Source: an uncultured Chloroflexia bacterium (GTDB lineage Bacteria > Chloroflexota > Limnocylindria > Limnocylindrales > CSP1-4). From it: a DNA stretch of 64,000 nucleotides. How positions within the stretch are numbered: the stretch's first letter is position 1; every line of letters starts with the position of its first letter. The notes beneath the pieces were generated by a model. It was not told where the DNA came from. It made no database searches and saw only the letters and a list, made by a program, of their open reading frames with translations. Made by a program: the position numbers and the translations under genes. The stretch spans positions 64,001 to 128,000 of the forward strand of contig CAVVYR010000019.1 of assembly GCA_963752475.1 (NCBI GenBank). The letters are read 5' to 3'. This document shows, piece after piece, positions 58,962-64,000 of this stretch.

Positions 58962-59521
58962 CGCGATCGCTCCGTGACCAGGTCTCGGTCGACCTCGACA
59001 ACCGGGCGCATCGACGCGCGCAGGGCTTCGAGGCCACGGTGGAGGCGGGACGCTGCGGTCCCGTAGGGGATGTCGAGGATCTCGGCCACCTGCGCGACGG
59101 GAAGGTCGAGGTAGTAGTGCAGGGCCATCACCGCTCGCTGGTCGAGATCGAGGCGACCCAGCTCGCGTCCGAGCCAGTCGCGGTCGACCACGTCGCTCTC
59201 GATGTCCCTGTCGTCAGCCGATCGAAGGGCGGGCGTCACGTGCAGCTCGACCATCGTTCGGCGTCGCTCCTTGCGAGCGACCTTGTAGCAAGCTCGCACC
59301 GTGAGTCGGTGGAGCCAGGCATCCCACGCGTCCGGGTCCCGCAGTGCGCGCAGATCCCGCCAGGCCATGATGCATGCATCCTGGACGGCATCCTGAGCGA
59401 GTTCGGAGTCGCGAAGGATGAGGTTGGCGATACCCGTGAGGCGACGGAGCGACACCTTCAGCAGCTGCGTGAAGGCTTCGAGATCCCCGTTCCTCGCCTG
59501 TTCGACGAGCTCCCGTTGCAT
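58958..59521 (-). CDS. ECF sigma factor 4 (close paralog of ECF 3)
   Basis: MQRELVEQARNGD, AQDAVQD, WDAWLHRL and IPYGTAASRLHRG motifs. Confidence 0.94.
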   Translation of the reverse strand: MQRELVEQARNGDLEAFTQLLKVSLRRLTGIANLILRDSELAQDAVQDACIMAWRDLRALRDPDAWDAWLHRLTVRACYKVARKERRRTMVELHVTPALRSADDRDIESDVVDRDWLGRELGRLDLDQRAVMALHYYLDLPVAQVAEILDIPYGTAASRLHRGLEALRASMRPVVEVDRDLVTERSR

Positions 59522-59638
59522 GGTCGCCACCCGTTCGGCGCAGCACACGTTGCTGCGCTCTCACACACTACGGGCCATGGGAAGGCGAGTTCCTATCCCG
59601 GAGTCCGCCAAGGCCGCCGGTGGCCGGCGAGTCGGGCG

Positions 59639-60085
59639 TCAGTCGCGGGCGGCGTAGTCCAGGCGCTCGAACGGCCACTCGTCCGCGAGCCACGTCGAGA
59701 GCGAACGCCACACGACCGGATCCATCTCCGCTCGGCTGGCCCGGACCCAGGAGCGGACGCGCGCGTCGTGGTCCGTATCGGGTGAGCGGTAGATGTAGAC
59801 GCAGCCGATGACCTCGTCACCATCGAGGATGGAGTAGGTGAAACCTTCTCGGTCGCGGAACTCCTGGGCGTGCTGCTCGAGGTCCTTGAGGTCGTCCTCG
59901 AGGCTCATCGGGGTGGGCCAGCCCCCGCCCGCCATGTCCGGGGTCATCTGGATGTGGTCGATGCTCGACATCCAGGCCTCGTGATCCCGCTCGTTGTGCT
60001 CCGGCCCGAGGGGCTCGAGGTGGAAGCCGTCACCTTCGAAGTAGGTCGGCGCGGCGAACGCGTCCGGGACGAAGTCGGCGACCAT
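59639..60085 (-). CDS. GNAT/RimJ-like N-acetyltransferase fold protein
   Basis: LEPLGPEHNERD, FTYSIL..VIGCVYI and VRSWVR patterns. Confidence 0.7.
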   Translation of the reverse strand: MVADFVPDAFAAPTYFEGDGFHLEPLGPEHNERDHEAWMSSIDHIQMTPDMAGGGWPTPMSLEDDLKDLEQHAQEFRDREGFTYSILDGDEVIGCVYIYRSPDTDHDARVRSWVRASRAEMDPVVWRSLSTWLADEWPFERLDYAARD

Positions 60086-60126
60086 GCCGGGACCCTAACA
60101 GCGAGCCCCGATGCTGAGCGGATCGG

Positions 60127-60363
60127 CTAGGCGACGTGCGGCTCGGGGCAGACCGGGCAGTAGAAGATGTCAGCCTTGGCGCGGGCTTCGAAGACCTCGC
60201 CCAGGTCGCCGTGGCTCGCGCTCAGGCGCTTGCCGACGGACGCCAGCCCGACCTTGCGCAGGTCCTGGCAGGGGATCGTCTCGCTCGTGGCCGGCTCGCT
60301 CGTGGCCTGTGCGCTGGAGCTGGCCATGAAGTTGGTTGTCGTGGGTGCGAACTGGATGATCAT
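60127..60363 (-). CDS. Small hypothetical protein with C-terminal CPVC
   Basis: GGGGAG RBS before the ATG; 78 aa. Confidence 0.4.
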   Translation of the reverse strand: MIIQFAPTTTNFMASSSAQATSEPATSETIPCQDLRKVGLASVGKRLSASHGDLGEVFEARAKADIFYCPVCPEPHVA

Positions 60364-60493
60364 CGGGATGACTCCCCGGTTAGTAATATGATGGGGAGAC
60401 TATCGTCCTCAGGGCGGTTCACCGGTAGCGGCGCGATAGTCAGGCGCTGACTAGTCCCACCCTGCGCACGGGACCGCACCCCACCACACTGCG

Positions 60494-60925
60494 TCAGGCC
60501 TCGGGCCACCCGAGGGCGACCTGCGTCGCGAGGATCACCACGTCGAACCCCACGGCGAGGAAGACATGTAGCGCGCGCAGTCGGGCCTCACCGCCGGGCC
60601 ATCTGCCCGCGTAGAGTGCGACACCGCCGATGGAGATGAGCGCGCCGGCGACGAGGAGCGCAGACCAGGGCAGGTCGGTCAGGAAGAGGCCAGCCATGGC
60701 CGGCGCGGCGACCGCGAAGCAGAGGGTCGCGGGCACGAAGAAGACGAGGCCCAACGCTGCCGAGGCGGACGCAGGTCGGTCCCCAAGGATGGGCGTGCGC
60801 GCCTCGGGCACTCCGGGCTTGGGCACGCCGGCGAGCTGCCGACCCAGGTTCACGCTGGCGACGAGATGCGCCAGGCCATGGCCCAGCACGGCGATGGTGA
60901 AGACGATCTTCAGGATGTCGTCCAT
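60494..60925 (-). CDS. Hypothetical membrane protein
   Basis: About four hydrophobic helices; HGLAH; AGGGGG RBS. Confidence 0.65.
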   Translation of the reverse strand: MDDILKIVFTIAVLGHGLAHLVASVNLGRQLAGVPKPGVPEARTPILGDRPASASAALGLVFFVPATLCFAVAAPAMAGLFLTDLPWSALLVAGALISIGGVALYAGRWPGGEARLRALHVFLAVGFDVVILATQVALGWPEA

Positions 60926-61020
60926 GGTCCCCCTTTCGATGCGCTGCCGATGCTACCCACACAGAGAGGCCCGGGTCGGCCGTGATGGCGACCCGAGCTT
61001 CGGTCTGAGGGCGGTGGGGA

Positions 61021-61912
61021 CTACGAGTGATCGGCGAGGAAGTCGACGATCGACTGCGCGAACAGCGGGTCGAGGGTGGCCCCGAGGTGGTCGAGGTTCG
61101 GGTCGCCGGTGGGGCCGGCAGGGATGTGGACCATCGTGAAGTCGGGCACCACGCCGTCCATGCGCTCGATCCAGGCGAGCTCCGGGTCGTTCTCGCTGGC
61201 GATGCCCAGGACGGGTACCTCGATGGCGGCGACATCCTCCTCCGCCAGCGGGATGATCTCGATCATCGAGCGAGCGACCGAGGCCAGGGGCGCGGTGTCG
61301 GGGCTGTCGACCTCGATGCCGTGCGCATCCATGGCGTCGAGGAAGAAGGCGATCTGCTCCTCGGGCACCTCCGGCGGCATCATGTCGCGCAGCATGTCTC
61401 CGTATGACGGCGCCTCGTCGAGGCCCATGGCCGCGTACGCAGTAGACCTCATAGGCCTCGGCCGGGGACCAGCCGGAGCCACCGGCGACGAGCGAGCGGA
61501 CGCGCTCGGGGTACTCGGTCGCGACCTTAAGGGCGATCTCGGCGCCCATGGAGTAGCCGGCGACGTGGGCGTCGTCGATCTCGAGGTGGTCCATCAGGCG
61601 GACGACGTCCTCGGCCATCTCGACCCCGTAGGCCGCGGGGTCCTCGGGCTTGCCGCTTTCGCCGTGGCCGCGCACGTCGAGGGCGATGAAGCGGAAGTCG
61701 TCGGACGGCTCGAAGCCGGCCTTGGTCCACATGTCGGAGGTGCTGGTGAAGCTGTGCACGAGCACGACCGGCTCGCCGTCGCCGCCCATGTCCAGGTAGT
61801 GGATGGGCACGCCGGCGGAGTCGAACGAGTCCTCCTGGCTGGCCGACACGGGCGCGAACACCAGGAGCACGAGCGAAAGGGTGAGCAGCAGGATCGAACG
61901 GCTGCGAGACAT
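61021..61912 (-). CDS. Secreted alpha/beta hydrolase, frameshift near 61440
   Basis: Signal peptide; DVRGHGES, GYSMG, PVLGIASEND and DH motifs. Confidence 0.82.
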
Positions 61913-61937
61913 CGGGCTCTCCTTCGAGCTGGGGAAG

Positions 61938-61980
61938 TACTTACACCGTAAACATACAATGTAAGTATCGGGTCTGTCAA
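61938..61980 (-). promoter_or_regulatory. Sigma-70 promoter overlapped by a TetR-like inverted repeat
   Basis: TTGACA (61980-61975), 18 bp, then TATGTT on the minus strand; IR TACTTACA-N14-TGTAAGTA at 61938-61967. Confidence 0.65.
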
Positions 61981-62252
61981 GGCTGGCCGCTCGGCCATGG
62001 TCTTGAGGCCCCGTATGCGGACGACGAGGGCAATCCCGTGTCCGCACCCGGCGTCTTCGCTATCGACTGACCTCCTCGTCCACGGGCGGTGCTCTCTGCC
62101 GCCCACGAACGGCGACGGTCCTCCGGGCGGGCTCCGGAGGACCGTCGTCTACCCGCCTCGACGCGAGCGACCTTGACTTCCGTGGACACCGCGTCAGAGT
62201 GGGATCCGACGGTTGCCCGGTCGGTGGTAGGGGCGCTGGCGAGGGGGTTGCG

Positions 62253-63931
62253 ATGCAGCGGACCACACGAGTCATGACCATGATCGCGGTGCTCGTGTTG
62301 GCCATCACGATCCCAACCGGAGCCCAGGAGGCTGCACCGGAGGCCGAGGTGGCGTCCAGCGACGCAGTGCCGGTACTCGTGGCTGATGCCGAGTTCTTCG
62401 GGATCGACCTCGCGCTCGACGCCGAAGGCCATCGACACCTCGCGGCCAGTCAGGTATTCCAGGACGACCGCGACACGAAGAACGTGTACGAGGGGCTGAG
62501 GCGCGATCTCTGGTATGGCACCGACCGCGATGGCTCCTGGGTGATGCAGCGGCTCCTCGAGGGTGATGTCGAAGCCGGGCTGGGCTGGACCGACCCCTCC
62601 ATCGCGGTGGATGCCGATGGCAGCGTCCACATCGCCGTGGTTCATGACCACGTCGGCAGCACACCCGGGCACACCGAGGGCATCTTCTACCTGAGCGACA
62701 AGGACCGTGTGCCGGGTGACTTCGGTGAACCGGTGAGGCTGGCTCGTCCCGGCATGAACGAGCCGTCTCTCGCCGTCGTGGATGGCACTCGCTACCTCGC
62801 CTACAGCAAGCTCGGGCGCCTCGGAGAGCCGCCCCCACCGGCCCCCGTCTTCGTCAAGACCGACCGCTCCGGTGAGTGGATGACGCATCGAATCGCCGAC
62901 TTCGGTCATTCACCTGTCCTGCGAGTCGACCCCATCGGTCGCGCGCACATCATCTACCAGGGCGCCACTCGGGATGGCCAGCAGGTGTTCCTGCGTTACG
63001 TTCGGGTCGACCCTGAGACCGGCGAGCCCACGAAGCCGAGACGCATCCCGGCGACCGGCGACGTTTGGTACGGCATCGATCTCGCGCTCGATCCACATGG
63101 TCGACCGCACGTCACCTGGGAGACGGAGAAGGACATCCTCTGGGCCGTAGCGCACTTCCGACGGCTGGAGCCGTCCCGAGGGCCTGGGGGTGCGTCGCTA
63201 CGACTGGCAGTCACTCGCGGTCGACGAGCTCGGTCAACCCCATGTCCTTTTCAGCGGGCGCGGCGGTGGCGATGCAGGTCGCGGCATCATCCACGCTCAA
63301 CGAGGTGCAGGGACATGGCCGCAGTCGGCCATCGTCGATGCCGTCGGGTGGACGCAAGTGGCCAGCGCGGTCATCGGCCAGGACGTGACGATCGCATGGG
63401 CTCCCACCGGCAAGGGCAAGGGTCTCTGGGTCTACGGGCCGATCCCGAGTGCGGGTACGGAGGCGACGGAGGCACACGCAGCGCTCGAAGACCTGTCCGA
63501 CCTCATCCCGTACGTCGGGTGCACGCCCTTCACCGAGCAGGGTGCCAACGATCCCTTCAGCTACGGCGCCCTTGCGGCTCATCCATTGCGCTACCCCGGC
63601 GCGGGATGTGCGACAGGCGGCACTGTTCCGCTTCCCCGCGGTCGGTCCCATGACCGATTACTGGCGCTGGCGTGTGCGGCAGATCGACCCGAAGCCGCCG
63701 ACCCGAGACGGTGCCTGCGGCGACGGCCGGAAGGGACTGACGAGCTGGGAGCACGGCGAGCTCGTCTGCTACGTTGCGAAGCCGTCGAGGGCGGCGAAGC
63801 TGCGCTGGACGGACGAGCGCACCAGCACCTACGGGGTCCTCGACGGGAGCGATCGCGACATCGAGCGTCTCCACGCCGTGTGGAAGGCGCTGGTCGCCGA
63901 GGGGGATAGAGGAGACGCTCCAGCCGGGTGA
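62253..63931 (+). CDS. Secreted beta-propeller-like repeat protein plus Cys/Trp C-terminal domain; frameshifts near 63150 and 63590
   Basis: Signal peptide; repeated (S/D)LA(V/L)D..G..H(V/I) units across frames; C-terminal GELVCY...LRWTDE...L..VW. Confidence 0.6.
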
Positions 63932-64000
63932 GCCTGTGGGCCATGTGGCCGCCGGACCGTGGGGCTGCCGCAGCTCGTTATCGGGCGTCCGGCTCCCAGA

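Noticed and set aside
16697-63931. Programmed frameshifting in add, GNAT, saccharopine dehydrogenase, kinase, hydrolase and the last secreted gene
   Set aside because: No common slippery sequence; scattered single-base indels in otherwise intact genes fit sequencing error better. Read data are needed.

Overview
GC-rich (roughly 68-70% by eye) bacterial chromosome segment. Gene content and protein style suggest Chloroflexota (Limnocylindria-like); this is inference only. It carries an E2/lipA locus, a MurQ/MurR amino-sugar locus with two carbohydrate ABC systems and UroD-fold proteins, a GntR-AgaS-LacD-PfkB (tagatose-type) locus, tRNA-Glu(CTC), a DUF1611/dipeptide-epimerase pair, a fucose-isomerase-like gene with a ribose-type ABC island, a Phd/VapC toxin-antitoxin pair, and a NarL-type two-component system with a MacB-like ABC transporter. 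Several genes have single frameshifts, possibly long-read indel errors. The most unusual feature is four ECF sigma/membrane-partner cassettes on the minus strand (36.0-38.8, 47.8-49.8 and 58.2-59.5 kb). Each partner gene is translationally coupled to its sigma gene, shares a short N-terminal [TA][RH]QxxRW region, and contains an internal Shine-Dalgarno plus in-frame ATG just before a signal-peptide-like helix, which suggests two nested products. The extracellular domains appear swappable (beta-barrel vs beta-helix), and orphan C-terminal remnants of both domain types lie next to the cassettes. No CRISPR array, transposase or prophage was seen.
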